From an uncultured delta proteobacterium (lineage in GTDB: Bacteria > Myxococcota_A > Polyangia > Fen-1088): a stretch of DNA of 64,000 bases. The position numbers were made by a program, and so were the translations under genes. Below, one piece after another: positions 1 through 10,524 of the stretch. Numbering within the stretch: the first letter of the stretch is position 1; each line of letters begins with the position of its first letter. The notes under the pieces were generated by a model, which ran no database searches, was not told where the DNA came from, and saw only the letters and a list, made by a program, of their open reading frames with translations. Where the stretch lies: contig CAVWIP010000017.1 of the NCBI GenBank assembly GCA_963755125.1, positions 192,001 through 256,000 on the forward strand. Reading direction: 5' to 3'.

Positions 1-2
1 TG

Positions 3-1805
3 CCCATCTACAGCGGTGGTCTCGGCGTGCTGGCCGGCGATCATGTCAAGACGGCGTCCGATCTCGGTCTGGCCTTGGTGGCGGTGGGCCTTTTCTACCG
101 CCAGTCCTATTTCCGCCAGCACATCGACGCTGTGGGCCGACAGCACGCCGAGTACGAGAGCGCGCCCGAGGAGTACCTGGCGGCCAAGCGCAAGCAGGAC
201 CGGGACGGCAAGCCCCTCATCATCGAAGTGCCGCTGGGCCGCGAGATGCTGCGCGCGCAGGTGTGGCAGGTCAATGTGGGGCGCAACCAGCTTCTGCTCC
301 TCGACACGGACCTGGACGGCAATTCGGATGAGAACCGCAAGCTGGCCGCGAGGCTCTATTTCGGTGATCAGCGCGTGCGTATCCGGCAGGAACTTCTGCT
401 GGGCGTGGGCGGCATCCGCGCCCTGCGCGCCGCGGGCATCGACTGGAGCGGGCTTCATCTCAACGAGGGTCACAGCGCCTTTGCCACGCTCGAGTACGCG
501 CGCCTGCGCATGGAGGAGACCGGCGCGGATTTCTGGACGGTGGCGCAGGACGTGGCGCAGTCGACGGTCTTCACCACGCACACGCCGGTCGACGCGGGCC
601 ACGATCGTTTTCCGCCTGAGCTGGTCGAGGAATATCTCGAACCGCTGCGCCTGTCGCTGCGCCTGTCGAAGGAGGAGTTCATGGGACTGGGCCGGGTGCG
701 GCCGCAGGATGCGCACGAGGCCCTGTGCATGACGGTGCTGGCCTTCAAGATGTCACGCTACGCGAACAGTGTGTCGTGCCTGCACGGCCGGGTGACCAGG
801 CGGGCGTGGCAGGCGCTCTGGCCGCACCACCGCGAAGATGAGGTGCCGGTGGGTCACATCACCAACGGGGTACACGTGCGCACCTGGTTGGCGCCGGCCA
901 TGCAGGAACTGTATAGCCGACACGTCGGCCCCGACTGGGGCGAGAATCTGCCTGACCCGAAGATGTGGGCCCGCATCGACAGCGTTCTCGACGCTGAACT
1001 GTGGGAGACCCACCGCACGCTCAAAGCCACTCTGGTCAATTTCGTCCGGCGTGCGGCGGAAGAGCAGCGCAGGCGCAACAGCCACAGCGAGGAACTGATC
1101 GAGGCCGCGAAGACGACCCTTGATGCCGATGTCCTGACCATTGGGTTTGCCCGCCGCTTTGCCACCTACAAGCGGGGGAACTTGCTCTTCACCAACATGG
1201 AGCGCCTGCGGCGCCTCCTGCTCGATGCCCATCGGCCGGTGCAGCTCATTTTCGCTGGCAAGGCGCATCCGGACGACCAGCCCGGCAAGGAGCTTCTGCG
1301 CACGGTCTACCAGGCCAGTCTGCTGCCCGACTTGCGCTCGCGCATCGTTTTCGTCGAGGACTACGACATCAACGTGGCTCGCCATCTGGTGCAGGGCGTG
1401 GACGTGTGGCTGAATACCCCGCGCCGGCCGCAGGAGGCCAGCGGAACCAGCGGACAGAAAGTCTTGCTCAACGGCGGCCTCAATCTCTCCGTCCTCGACG
1501 GCTGGTGGGCCGAGGCCTACGACGGGCTGAACGGGTTCGCCATCGGCAACGGCGTCTGCCACGTGTCGACCGCCGAGCAGGACAGACGCGACGCCGAGTC
1601 GCTGTACCAGGTGCTGGAAACCGAGGTCGTGCCCCTGTACTACGAGCAGGATGAGCACGGCGTGCCGCACGGCTGGGTGGCGCGTATCAAGCGGGCCATC
1701 CGCACCCTCGGCTGGCGCTTCAACACCGACCGCATGGTGCGGGACTACGTGCGCGAGTGCTACCTGCCGTCTGCGGGCGTGAATAGCTGCGCGATGCCGA
1801 AGTAA
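3..1805 (+). CDS. glgP: Alpha-glucan (glycogen/maltodextrin) phosphorylase, 5' end outside the window
   Basis: Frame open from position 3 (PIYSGGLGVLAGDH); motifs LHLNEGH, FARRFATYKR, FAGKAHP and PLP-lysine motif EASGTSGQK. Confidence 0.95.
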   Translation, partial: PIYSGGLGVLAGDHVKTASDLGLALVAVGLFYRQSYFRQHIDAVGRQHAEYESAPEEYLAAKRKQDRDGKPLIIEVPLGREMLRAQVWQVNVGRNQLLLLDTDLDGNSDENRKLAARLYFGDQRVRIRQELLLGVGGIRALRAAGIDWSGLHLNEGHSAFATLEYARLRMEETGADFWTVAQDVAQSTVFTTHTPVDAGHDRFPPELVEEYLEPLRLSLRLSKEEFMGLGRVRPQDAHEALCMTVLAFKMSRYANSVSCLHGRVTRRAWQALWPHHREDEVPVGHITNGVHVRTWLAPAMQELYSRHVGPDWGENLPDPKMWARIDSVLDAELWETHRTLKATLVNFVRRAAEEQRRRNSHSEELIEAAKTTLDADVLTIGFARRFATYKRGNLLFTNMERLRRLLLDAHRPVQLIFAGKAHPDDQPGKELLRTVYQASLLPDLRSRIVFVEDYDINVARHLVQGVDVWLNTPRRPQEASGTSGQKVLLNGGLNLSVLDGWWAEAYDGLNGFAIGNGVCHVSTAEQDRRDAESLYQVLETEVVPLYYEQDEHGVPHGWVARIKRAIRTLGWRFNTDRMVRDYVRECYLPSAGVNSCAMPK

Positions 1806-2018
1806 AGTACCGGCGCCGGTGGCCGGAGGCCGACGCCGGTCGCCGGAACCGGTGGCCGGGGTTGGCGAGACGCGCGGGGCAAGCGAGTCGGGCAGAATCC
1901 GAGAGAACTGGAGTTGACGCGCTGGCTGGATCGCATCTGGCGAAGCGCCACGCGTGGATCACGCGGTGACGTAGGCTGGCTCGGCGAATTTGCTGTACCT
2001 GCTGCCCACTGAAGGCGG

Positions 2019-2369
2019 TTACGCCGCCTTGGACGTCTGGCGGACTGGATCTTGATCGGTCCAAGCGTCGCGCTGAAGCTGACGCCCGAGCTTTCTCAGG
2101 GCGCTGAGCTCGATCTGGCGCACCCGCTCGCGCGTGAGCGCGAAGCGCGCCGCGATCTCCTCCAGGGTCATGCCGCCGTGGTCAGCGGCTTCCAGCGCGC
2201 AGGCCTCGCGCAGAACTGGTTCATTGGCATGGGCCGGTTTGGCCCCGCGGGTGTCGCGCGTCTCGGCCGTCAGGTTGAAGCGGCAGATGGCGTACGGGCA
2301 GGGGCCGGGCAACCGGCGGCACGCGCCGTGCGTACTCTCGAAGATGTTGATGCGGGAAGCGTCTGCCAT
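2019..2369 (-). CDS. Small Cys-rich protein with a sigma-70 region-4-like HTH
   Basis: C..LPGPCPYAICRFNL then CALEAADHGGMTLEEIAARFALTRERVRQIE; paralog of 23055..23561. ATG 2369 chosen over longer ORF starts. Confidence 0.75.
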   Translation of the reverse strand: MADASRINIFESTHGACRRLPGPCPYAICRFNLTAETRDTRGAKPAHANEPVLREACALEAADHGGMTLEEIAARFALTRERVRQIELSALRKLGRQLQRDAWTDQDPVRQTSKAA

Positions 2370-2503
2370 GTCTGATCTCTCGGTTAGGGGGTGGCTCGCT
2401 GCGAGCATCCGTCCAATGACATTTGCTTCGGCACCTCGGCCAAGAAACTTGAGGCCTAGTTCGAAGGGCTTTCGAAGCCCCACACCTTAGATGCCGAACG
2501 GGG

Positions 2504-3505
2504 CTATTTCTGAACAGGTGCGCCGGCCGCGTCGTCGGCTGTCTTTTCAGGGAGTTGGATTCGGATATGTGCCCGACGTGCAAAGGTGAACAAGGCCACC
2601 AACCCCACGATGACCGCGTACCACAGGGTGCACAGCCGCGTGACGAAGGTGGCGGCGGCGGCCACGCTGCGCCCGGTGCCGGTGCCCAGTTGCCCGAGCA
2701 GGGCGAGCATGCCCGCCTCGGTGACACCCAACCCACCGGGTAGAAACGAGAGTGCGCCGGCCACGGTCATGGAGGCGTAGATGAAGGTGCCGGCCTGCAT
2801 TCCGATGGCAGCGCCGGGAAAGCCGTGAACCACCACCCAGAAGGCCACGCACTCGCAGTACCAGCTCAGTGTGGACAGCAGCACCGCGACCACCAGGGGG
2901 CCGGGCCGCAGCAGCGCAGCGGTAGACCGGTAGGCCTCGTGCAATTTGTCGGCAAACGAGCGTACGCCGGGCAGGCGGCTCGACAGCCGCAGGAAGAACA
3001 GAGCGATGGACTCGACCGAGATCACCACCAGGCCCAGTCCAATCACGACGGCGCCGGTGGCCAGAAAACGCCGGTCGACGTGAAATGTGAACACGCCGAC
3101 GCAGGCGAGCAACAACAGGCCGACCAGATCCGTGAAGCGTTCGGCGATGACGATGGGGGCGGTGCGCGCGGCGGGAATTCCGTGCGACTCGCGCAGAAGC
3201 AGAGCCTTGATCGCCTCGCCAAGCTTGCCCGGGGTGACGGTGAGGGAGAAGCCAGCCAGGAAGATGAGGAAGCTGTGCCCGACCGTCACCTGCTGCAGGC
3301 CAAGTACTTTCAGGTAGTAGTGCCAGCGCGCGAAGCGAACGCCGTAGTTGAGCGAAGCCAGCGCGAGTGCGATCGACGCCACGGCCCAGTTGAAGGTGGC
3401 CAGAGCGTGCCCGACGCTGCGGGCCCCGGCCCAGACCGAGAAGCCGACGTAGATAGCCACGCCAGCGGCAACCCCGAGGGTCACGCGCCAAATCAGTTTC
3501 CTCAC
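2504..3505 (-). CDS. Lysylphosphatidylglycerol synthase TM / flippase-like (UPF0104) membrane protein
   Basis: Multi-TM protein with TPGKLGE, ERFTD and PGGLGVTEAG motifs. Confidence 0.85.
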   Translation of the reverse strand: MRKLIWRVTLGVAAGVAIYVGFSVWAGARSVGHALATFNWAVASIALALASLNYGVRFARWHYYLKVLGLQQVTVGHSFLIFLAGFSLTVTPGKLGEAIKALLLRESHGIPAARTAPIVIAERFTDLVGLLLLACVGVFTFHVDRRFLATGAVVIGLGLVVISVESIALFFLRLSSRLPGVRSFADKLHEAYRSTAALLRPGPLVVAVLLSTLSWYCECVAFWVVVHGFPGAAIGMQAGTFIYASMTVAGALSFLPGGLGVTEAGMLALLGQLGTGTGRSVAAAATFVTRLCTLWYAVIVGLVALFTFARRAHIRIQLPEKTADDAAGAPVQK

Positions 3506-3591
3506 AGTTCACCCCAGACTTGGCGTGTGGGTCTGGCTGGATAGCGATCTGCCGTTGAGAACACAGAGAAAAGAGGAGAGGACACGGAGGA

Positions 3592-5460
3592 CTAACCCTC
3601 CACGCCCTGGTCGCGCAGCTTCTCGACGCGCTTGCGCTCGTTGTGATCCAGGATACGCTTGCGCAGCCGGATATTCTTGGGGGTCACCTCGACCAGTTCA
3701 TCCTGGTTGATGAGTTCAAGCGCGGCTTCCAGGGTGAGGGCCAAGGGGGGCGTGAGGAAAAGCTTCTCGTCGGCGGCGGTGGTGCGGATGTTGGTCAGCT
3801 TCTTGGCCTTGGACGGGTTGACGATGATGTCGTTGCCGCGCGCGTGCAGGCCCACCACCTGGCCGCCGTAAACGGGCACGCCCGGCGGCAGCAGCAAGGC
3901 CCCGCGTTCCTGCAGGTAGAAGAGGGCGTAGGTGTTGGTCTGGCCGGGGTCCTGCGCAATGAGCACGCCATTGGTCCGACCCTTGAACGTGCCCGCGTAG
4001 GGGCCATAGTGGGTGAAGTTGTGGTTGAGAATGCCGGTGCCGCGCGTGTCGGTGAGAAACTGCGAGCGGTAGCCGATAAGCCCGCGCGACGGAATCACGT
4101 ACTCCAGGCGCATGCGGCCTTCGCCCGCCGGCCCCATCTCCTGCATGCGGCCGCCACGCCGGCCCAGCTCCTCGATGACCGGGCCGTTGTAGGCCTCGTC
4201 GAGATCGATCACAAGTTCCTCGTATGGCTCCAGCTTTTCGCCGTTCGGTCCCTCCTTGAAGATCACCTGTGGCTGGGACACCATCAGCTCGTAACCTTCG
4301 CGGCGCATGGTTTCGATCAGCACCGACAGGTGCAACTCGCCGCGGCCCAGGACCTCGAAGGTGTCGGGCGAGTCGGTCTCCAGCACGCGCAGAGCGACGT
4401 TGGCTTTCAGCTCCTTGAACAGCCGCTCGCGTATGTTGCGTGAGGTGACGAACTTGCCCTCGTGGCCGCAGAAGGGACCGTTGTTCGACATGAACTGCAT
4501 CTTCACCGTCGGCTCTTCGATCTCGAGCAGAGGCAACACGACCGGGCGGGCGATCTCGGTGATGGTCTCGCCCACGGTCAAGTCCTGCATCCCGGTGATG
4601 GCGCAGATGTCGCCCGCCACGGCTTCCTGAAGCTCGAAGCGCTTGAGCGACTGGTAGCCCAGGATCTTGGCCACGCGGAATTCCTCGCGGCTGCCGTCGC
4701 GATGCACGCACAGGGCGCGTTCGCCCTGGCGGATGCGGCCCGAGAGCATACGGCCGATGGCCACGTAGCCGAGATAGTCGTCGTAGTCGAGCGTGGCCAC
4801 GTGCATGGACAGGGGGGCTTCCATGTCGGCCAGAGGCGGGGGCGCGGCCTGCACGACCAAGTCGAGCAGAGGCGACAGATCCTTGTGTTCGTCCTTGAGA
4901 TCCTTGACCGCGTAGCCCTCGCGGCCCGAGGCGTACACCACCGGGAAATCGAGTTGCTCTTCACTGGCCCCCAGCGCGCAGAAGAGGTCGAAGGTGTCGT
5001 TGACCGCGCCGTCGGGATCGCAGCCGGCGCGATCGATCTTGTTGACCACCAGGATGGGCCGCAGTCCGAGAGCCAGCGCCTTGCGGGTGACGAAGCGGGT
5101 CTGCGGCATGGGGCCCTCGAAGGCGTCCACCAGCAGCAGGACCGAATCGACCATCTTGAGCACGCGCTCCACCTCGCCGCCGAAGTCGGCGTGGCCGGGC
5201 GTATCCACGATGTTGATGCGCGTGCCCTTCCAGGTGATGGCGGTGAATTTCGCCAGGATGGTGATGCCGCGCTCGCGTTCCAGATCGTTGGAATCCATGG
5301 CGCAGTCGGCGACGACCTCGCCAGGCCGGAAACTGCCCGCCTGGCGCAAGAAACCGTCGACCAGAGTGGTCTTGCCGTGGTCAACGTGGGCGATGATCGC
5401 GATGTTGCGAACGTCGCGGCGGCGAGGCGCTTCGTCAATTTCAGGGGCGGAACTGCTCAT
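3592..5460 (-). CDS. typA: Translational GTPase TypA/BipA
   Basis: [50 protein letters not shown] and C-terminal [14 protein letters not shown]; start 5460 vs 5508 uncertain. Confidence 0.97.
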   Translation of the reverse strand: MSSSAPEIDEAPRRRDVRNIAIIAHVDHGKTTLVDGFLRQAGSFRPGEVVADCAMDSNDLERERGITILAKFTAITWKGTRINIVDTPGHADFGGEVERVLKMVDSVLLLVDAFEGPMPQTRFVTRKALALGLRPILVVNKIDRAGCDPDGAVNDTFDLFCALGASEEQLDFPVVYASGREGYAVKDLKDEHKDLSPLLDLVVQAAPPPLADMEAPLSMHVATLDYDDYLGYVAIGRMLSGRIRQGERALCVHRDGSREEFRVAKILGYQSLKRFELQEAVAGDICAITGMQDLTVGETITEIARPVVLPLLEIEEPTVKMQFMSNNGPFCGHEGKFVTSRNIRERLFKELKANVALRVLETDSPDTFEVLGRGELHLSVLIETMRREGYELMVSQPQVIFKEGPNGEKLEPYEELVIDLDEAYNGPVIEELGRRGGRMQEMGPAGEGRMRLEYVIPSRGLIGYRSQFLTDTRGTGILNHNFTHYGPYAGTFKGRTNGVLIAQDPGQTNTYALFYLQERGALLLPPGVPVYGGQVVGLHARGNDIIVNPSKAKKLTNIRTTAADEKLFLTPPLALTLEAALELINQDELVEVTPKNIRLRKRILDHNERKRVEKLRDQGVEG

Positions 5461-5549
5461 GGGAGGCGGGCAGGCATACCACATCCTGGCCGACAGGCTG
5501 CAATTCACCCCACTGGCTCAACCTCACCCGGTTGCGGTAGGCTAGTCGC

Positions 5550-6185
5550 GTGATGGATCGGAATGGTTTCGAGTTCGATGAACTGCACGCCGAGGAGCGC
5601 GGCCTGCTGCTCGGTCTGAGCCTGTTGGGTGCGAGCGACGGAACCCTGTCCCGTCTGGCCGGGGACCGTCGTCCGGCCTGTGGCAAAGCATGGCAGGCCC
5701 TGCGCCTTCTTCCTCGTTCTGACCGGGCTGCGCTTCTGGCGCTGTGGATCGTCGAAACCAACGCGTCTATTCCGCCGGGCATGGAAAGGCTACACCCGAG
5801 CTGGCTTGCCCAGGCCATCGCCAGTGAGCCAGTGGAGCTTTGGCCGGCGCTGCTTTCGGAGCTGCCCGGGGCGGAGGCCGTGGCGTCGCTCTTGCCGCAA
5901 TCCCATCCAGCGGGCGCGATGGCCAGGGACGCCGAGACCTGGCCACCCGGATCGGTGGCCGAACTGCAGCGCTGTGTTCTTGGTCGACTGGCGCGGCTTT
6001 GTGTGGGGCCTGCGGGGCCGGTGGGCGCAGGCCTGTGTCGCATGGGCTGCGACGAGTTGCTGACCGAGGTTGCCCGCCGGGGCGCGGCGATTCCGCAAGA
6101 GCTGTGCGCCGAGGGAGACGCATCGCTGTGGGCGGTGGCTGGCCGTTTGCCAGCTACGCTGGGGCAGAAGTGGGTGAAATGGTAG
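5550..6185 (+). CDS. Hypothetical protein, SctK-like by position
   Basis: Directly upstream of SctL/SctN and co-oriented; contains an LHPSWL motif reminiscent of the SctK/OrgA HPSW region. Confidence 0.45.
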   Translation: MMDRNGFEFDELHAEERGLLLGLSLLGASDGTLSRLAGDRRPACGKAWQALRLLPRSDRAALLALWIVETNASIPPGMERLHPSWLAQAIASEPVELWPALLSELPGAEAVASLLPQSHPAGAMARDAETWPPGSVAELQRCVLGRLARLCVGPAGPVGAGLCRMGCDELLTEVARRGAAIPQELCAEGDASLWAVAGRLPATLGQKWVKW

Positions 6186-6196
6186 AAGGCCAAGAC

Positions 6197-6802
6197 ATGG
6201 GCCGGTTGCAGAAAGGCCTGGGACGCGTGGTTCCCGCCGCGGTTCTCACCGCAGAGGCAGAAGCCGCACAGATCCGCGCGCGGGCCGAGGAGGAGGCCGT
6301 TGCTCTGCGGTCCGAGGCACAGGCCACGCGGGCGCAGGCCGAGCGCGCCGGCTTCGAGGCTGGCAAGCAGGAGGGATTGGCGCAGGTGAGCGCGCTGCTG
6401 CTGGCGGCGCGGGCGCAGGCCGAACACGACCTCCACAGCGCCAAAGACGCGGCCATCGTGCTGGCCCGGCGCATGGCCGAGCGAATCGTGGGCCGCGCCG
6501 TCGAGCTTTCGCCCGAGTTGATGGGCGAGATCGTGGCAGAGGCTCTGGCCGCGAGTCGCGTGCGGACCGGCAGGATCGTCCTGCGCGTGCATCCCGAGGA
6601 TCTGGCTGCCATCGAGCACGAGCGGCCGCGCTGGCTTGCGCGCGTGGCAGCCAGGGTTGACGTGCGCGTGGTGGCCGACCCGGCGATCGGCCGTCATGGT
6701 TGCGTGGTGGAAACTGCGCTCGGTCGTCTGGACGCGCGCCTGGACACGCAACTGGACGCCCTGGAACGGGCCTTGCGGGGTGCCACCGGCGCTTCCACCT
6801 GA
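6197..6802 (+). CDS. sctL: Type III secretion stator, SctL/FliH family
   Basis: AxxxG(F)xAGxxEG repeats, LRVHPEDL and DPAIGRHGCVVETALGRLDARLDTQL. Confidence 0.85.
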   Translation: MGRLQKGLGRVVPAAVLTAEAEAAQIRARAEEEAVALRSEAQATRAQAERAGFEAGKQEGLAQVSALLLAARAQAEHDLHSAKDAAIVLARRMAERIVGRAVELSPELMGEIVAEALAASRVRTGRIVLRVHPEDLAAIEHERPRWLARVAARVDVRVVADPAIGRHGCVVETALGRLDARLDTQLDALERALRGATGAST

Positions 6803-6809
6803 GGCAAGC

Positions 6810-8165
6810 ATGGCTGGAGCTGACATCGAACCCGCGCTGGTCGAGTTGAGCGACGCCCTCAAGGCGCTGGATCAGGTCAACCCGCGGCGGCTGGCAGGTC
6901 GGGTGACGGAGGTGACCGGCCTGGTGGTGCGCGCCACCATTCCCGGTGTGCGCGTGGGCGAGTTGGTCTACATCGATCGCGACGCGATGTCTGGGCCGGG
7001 CGGGGCGGAACATCCGCGCCTGCAGGCGGAGGTGGTCGGCTTTCGCGGCGAGGAGGTCGTGCTCGTGCCGCTGGGGGAGGTGGCGGGTATCGGCCCGGAC
7101 GCCGTGGTGAGTCCGACTGGAAAACCGCTTGGCCTGCGGGTGGGCGATGGGCTTCTGGGGCGCGTGCTCGATGGTCTGGGCGACCCCGCGGACGGGGAGG
7201 GCCCCATCACAGGCCCAACCGAGGAATGGGCGGTGGACCGGCCCGCGCCCGACCCGCTCACGCGCCGGCGTGTGAGCAAGCCGCTTGCCCTCGGGGTGCG
7301 TGCCATCGACGGCTTTCTCACCGTGGGCGAGGGTCAACGCGTGGGACTCTTCTCCGGGTCGGGGGTCGGCAAGTCGATACTGCTCGGCCAGATCGCGCGC
7401 CAGACCGAGGCTGACGTCAATGTGATCGCTCTGGTGGGCGAGCGCGGTCGTGAGGTGACTGAGTTCATCGAGGACTCGCTGGGACCCGAGGGGCGAGCCC
7501 GCTCGGTGGTGATCTGCGCGACGAGTGACGCGCCCAGCCTGGTGCGGCTCAAGTCGGCGTTCGTGGCCACCGCGGTGGCCGAGTGGTTTCGCGACCGGGA
7601 CCAGCGCGTGCTCTTGATGATGGATTCACTCACCCGTTTTGCCCGCGCGCAACGCGAGGTGGGCCTGGCCGCGGGCGAGCCGCCGGCCCGACAAGGGTTT
7701 CCCCCCAGCGTGTTCGCCCTGCTGCCGCGTCTGCTCGAGCGCACGGGCAATTCGCAGATCGGATCCATCACCGCACTCTATACCGTGCTGGTGTCGGGCG
7801 GCGACATGGAGGAGCCCATCGCCGACGAGGTTCGTGGCATTCTCGACGGGCACATCGTGCTTTCGCGCGAGCTGTGCGACCGCAATCACTGGCCGGCCAT
7901 CGACGTGCTGCCGTCGCTCTCGCGGGTGATGAACGCGGTGGTGGATGAAAGGCACCGTGAAGCCGCCGGGCGCGTCCGTGAGTTGATGGCAGTCTACGAG
8001 CAGAAGCGAGATCTTATAGTGCTCGGCGCCTACCGACGTGGCAGCGACGCGCGCACCGACGAGGCCATCGCGGCGATGGAAGCCATCAACACATTCTTGC
8101 GCCAGGGAACGCACGAAAACACGTCCTTCGAAGAGACCCGCAAACGGCTACTGGCGCTGGTGTAG
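6810..8165 (+). CDS. sctN: Type III secretion ATPase, SctN/YscN/FliI family
   Basis: GEGQRVGLFSGSGVGKS Walker A, LVGERGREV, MDSLTRFARAQREVGLAAGEPP, DEVRGILDGHIVLSR. Confidence 0.93.
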   Translation: MAGADIEPALVELSDALKALDQVNPRRLAGRVTEVTGLVVRATIPGVRVGELVYIDRDAMSGPGGAEHPRLQAEVVGFRGEEVVLVPLGEVAGIGPDAVVSPTGKPLGLRVGDGLLGRVLDGLGDPADGEGPITGPTEEWAVDRPAPDPLTRRRVSKPLALGVRAIDGFLTVGEGQRVGLFSGSGVGKSILLGQIARQTEADVNVIALVGERGREVTEFIEDSLGPEGRARSVVICATSDAPSLVRLKSAFVATAVAEWFRDRDQRVLLMMDSLTRFARAQREVGLAAGEPPARQGFPPSVFALLPRLLERTGNSQIGSITALYTVLVSGGDMEEPIADEVRGILDGHIVLSRELCDRNHWPAIDVLPSLSRVMNAVVDERHREAAGRVRELMAVYEQKRDLIVLGAYRRGSDARTDEAIAAMEAINTFLRQGTHENTSFEETRKRLLALV

Positions 8166-8191
8166 AAACCAAGTTGTCTGAGGAGAAACGC

Positions 8192-8536
8192 ATGAGCGAC
8201 TGCCTGTTCTGCAAGATTTGCGAAGGCCAGATCCCCGCGGCCATCACCTTTCGCGACGAGGAGGTGGTGGCCTTCAAGGACATCAACCCCAAGGCGCCTT
8301 TTCATCAACTCGTGATCCCGATTCGCCACGTGTCCAGTTTGGCCACGGCCGACGCGAAGGACGCGGCCTTGCTGGGCAAGTTGATGCTACTGGGGGCGCG
8401 CCTGGCGCGCGAGTCAGGCCAGGCCGACGGCGGGTTCCGGGTGGTGATGAACGCAGGGGCTGACGCGGGACAAACGGTGTTGCACGTGCACTTGCACGTT
8501 CTAGCTGGGCGGGTGCTCGGCTGGCCACCAGGGTAG
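8192..8536 (+). CDS. hinT: Histidine triad nucleotide-binding protein
   Basis: MSDCLFCKI, FKDINPKAP, GQTVLHVHLHVLAGR..WPPG; RBS GAGGAG. Confidence 0.95.
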   Translation: MSDCLFCKICEGQIPAAITFRDEEVVAFKDINPKAPFHQLVIPIRHVSSLATADAKDAALLGKLMLLGARLARESGQADGGFRVVMNAGADAGQTVLHVHLHVLAGRVLGWPPG

Positions 8537-8540
8537 GGGC

Positions 8541-9506
8541 CTACATCCTGATGTCAACCAGGGTCTTCCTGCGCAGTTCGCCGAGAAAGTTCTTGGTCTG
8601 CCGCTCCATCTCGCGCTGGCGCAACTGACCGCGGATCTGGTCGCGCACCTCGGCCAGCGGTTTCGGATCCTGCGCGCGGCGGCCCAGCAGCTTGATGACG
8701 TGAAAACCGCGATCGGCGCGCACCGGCCCGCGCACCTCGTCGACCTTCATGGAGAAGACCATCTCTTCCATGGGCTTGGGCAGGATGTCCTTGCCAAACC
8801 AGCCGAGATCGCCTCCTTCGGCTCGGGTGGCGGGATCCTCGGAATACTCGCGCGCCAGCTTGGCGAAGTCCTCGCCCGACTGGGCCCGCAGCGCGAGCAG
8901 TTGCGCCTGCTTTTCCTTGTCCTGCGCGGTGGCCGTGTCGGCACCTTCGGGGATGGCCAGAAAGATGTGGCTGGCGCGCACCTGCAGGTTGGCTGACTGC
9001 ATGTGGCGGTCGTAGTAGCTCTGCACGTCGGCGTCGCTCACGCTGATCTTGGAGCCCACCGCGATGTTGATGATCCGATACTTCAGGATCTCGCGTCTTG
9101 TATTCTGGCGGTAAGTGGCGAGGCTCATGCCCTGTTTGCGCAGTTCCTCGCGCAGTTGCGTGTCGTCGAGGCCGTAGTCCTTCTTGATCTGTTCGATGGA
9201 CTTGTCGACCTCCTCGCTGCCGACCGAAACCTTGAGCTCGGCAGCTTCCTGCACCAGGAGCTGCTCGTCGACCATGCGTTCGAGGATCTGACGGCGCAAA
9301 GCCGATGCGCGCGCCGCCCGCTGACCGGGATTGGAGATGGCGGCGATGTCGGCCATCATCGGCGCGGCCCGGTCCTCGACTTCGCTTTGCAAAATGATGT
9401 CGTTGCCCACCACGGCAACAATTTTCTCAACCACGCGCGCCTGGCCCACTGAGGGCAGCAACAGGAGCAGGCAAGCAAGGCAGAGGCACAGTCGGGTCAT
9501 GGGCAT
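8541..9506 (-). CDS. surA: SurA-family periplasmic chaperone / parvulin PPIase
   Basis: Signal peptide, VVEKIVAVVGNDII N-domain, rotamase motif FAKLAREYSED..GGDLGWF. Confidence 0.85.
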   Translation of the reverse strand: MPMTRLCLCLACLLLLLPSVGQARVVEKIVAVVGNDIILQSEVEDRAAPMMADIAAISNPGQRAARASALRRQILERMVDEQLLVQEAAELKVSVGSEEVDKSIEQIKKDYGLDDTQLREELRKQGMSLATYRQNTRREILKYRIINIAVGSKISVSDADVQSYYDRHMQSANLQVRASHIFLAIPEGADTATAQDKEKQAQLLALRAQSGEDFAKLAREYSEDPATRAEGGDLGWFGKDILPKPMEEMVFSMKVDEVRGPVRADRGFHVIKLLGRRAQDPKPLAEVRDQIRGQLRQREMERQTKNFLGELRRKTLVDIRM

Positions 9507-9517
9507 GAACTAGGTTC

Positions 9518-10486
9518 CTAGGGTTTGGGTGTGGACGCCTGCGTCGGCGCGGAAGACGGGACGGGCGAGTTGGCTACGGGCTGGCCGGCGTCCGCGGGCG
9601 GGGCCACGGTGATCTTCGCCAGCTCACTTTCGTCGATTTCCACGCGGATCGACTTGCGCGCTTCTTCCACCAACTCGCGCTTTTGCTGCGCGCGCGCCTG
9701 TTCCAGAAGTCGCTTCTGGATGTCGACCTTCACTTCAGCGAGAGGTCGCATCACCTCGGACCGGCGGTCGGTCAACTTGAGGATGTGGAAGCCTTTGTCA
9801 GACGAGATTGGCCCCACGATGTCGTTGACCTGAGTGAGAGCGAAGGCGGCGTCGACCAGAGCCTTGGGCTCGCGCATGGTGTTGCGGTCGAAGAAAGTCA
9901 GATCGCCACCCCGTGGTTTGGAATCCGGGTCTTCCGAATAGCGCTCCACCAGGTCGCGGAATGACTTCGCGTCGTTGCGCCCGGTCTTGGCCTCGGCGGC
10001 GATCCGGCGCGCGGCGGCTGCGTCGTGCACGAGGATCTGGCTGACGCGCACCTCCTCGGGCCGGAGGAATTCAGATTGGTGCTCGCGGTAGTATTTTTCG
10101 ACGTCCGCCGGCGCAATGTCCTCGGCCCGCAGCTTGTCGTTGATCTCTCGCTTCTCGAACAGCGCCACCATCTGCTTCTTGGCGATGCGCTGCACGTCGG
10201 GGTCGCGATCATAGCCTCGCCGCAGCGCCTCGCGCGCCATCAGTTCGTAGCGGATAAGACCGTCGAGGAGTTCCTTCTTCTTTTCCGGCGTGGAGTAGCG
10301 CGCGAGCACGAAGGGCATGTGAGAATAGCGGGCCAGGACTTCTTGCAGATCAGTGGCCGTGATCTCGGTGTCGTCCACCCGGGCTAGAACCGGGCCCGAA
10401 TGGCCTGCGGCCTTGCCCTCGTGGCCGGGGTTGGGCTTGCAAGCGCCGAGGACTAAGGCCGCAAGGCAGAGAAGACAACGACGCAT
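9518..10486 (-). CDS. Parvulin-type peptidyl-prolyl isomerase lipoprotein
   Basis: Lipobox LGAC; VRVSQILV, YSEDPDSKPRGGDLTFF, KGFHILKL. Confidence 0.85.
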   Translation of the reverse strand: MRRCLLCLAALVLGACKPNPGHEGKAAGHSGPVLARVDDTEITATDLQEVLARYSHMPFVLARYSTPEKKKELLDGLIRYELMAREALRRGYDRDPDVQRIAKKQMVALFEKREINDKLRAEDIAPADVEKYYREHQSEFLRPEEVRVSQILVHDAAAARRIAAEAKTGRNDAKSFRDLVERYSEDPDSKPRGGDLTFFDRNTMREPKALVDAAFALTQVNDIVGPISSDKGFHILKLTDRRSEVMRPLAEVKVDIQKRLLEQARAQQKRELVEEARKSIRVEIDESELAKITVAPPADAGQPVANSPVPSSAPTQASTPKP

Positions 10487-10524
10487 GTTGTTTGCATGGC
10501 ACAGGTGCGGGCTTCCCGCAACAC

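Noticed and set aside
1863..2018. Small ORF between glgP and the sigma4-like gene
   Set aside because: No start codon with RBS and no motif.
6197..8165. Flagellar fliH-fliI assignment
   Set aside because: No fliF/fliG/fliJ context; a non-flagellar T3SS is preferred, though phylogeny is needed.
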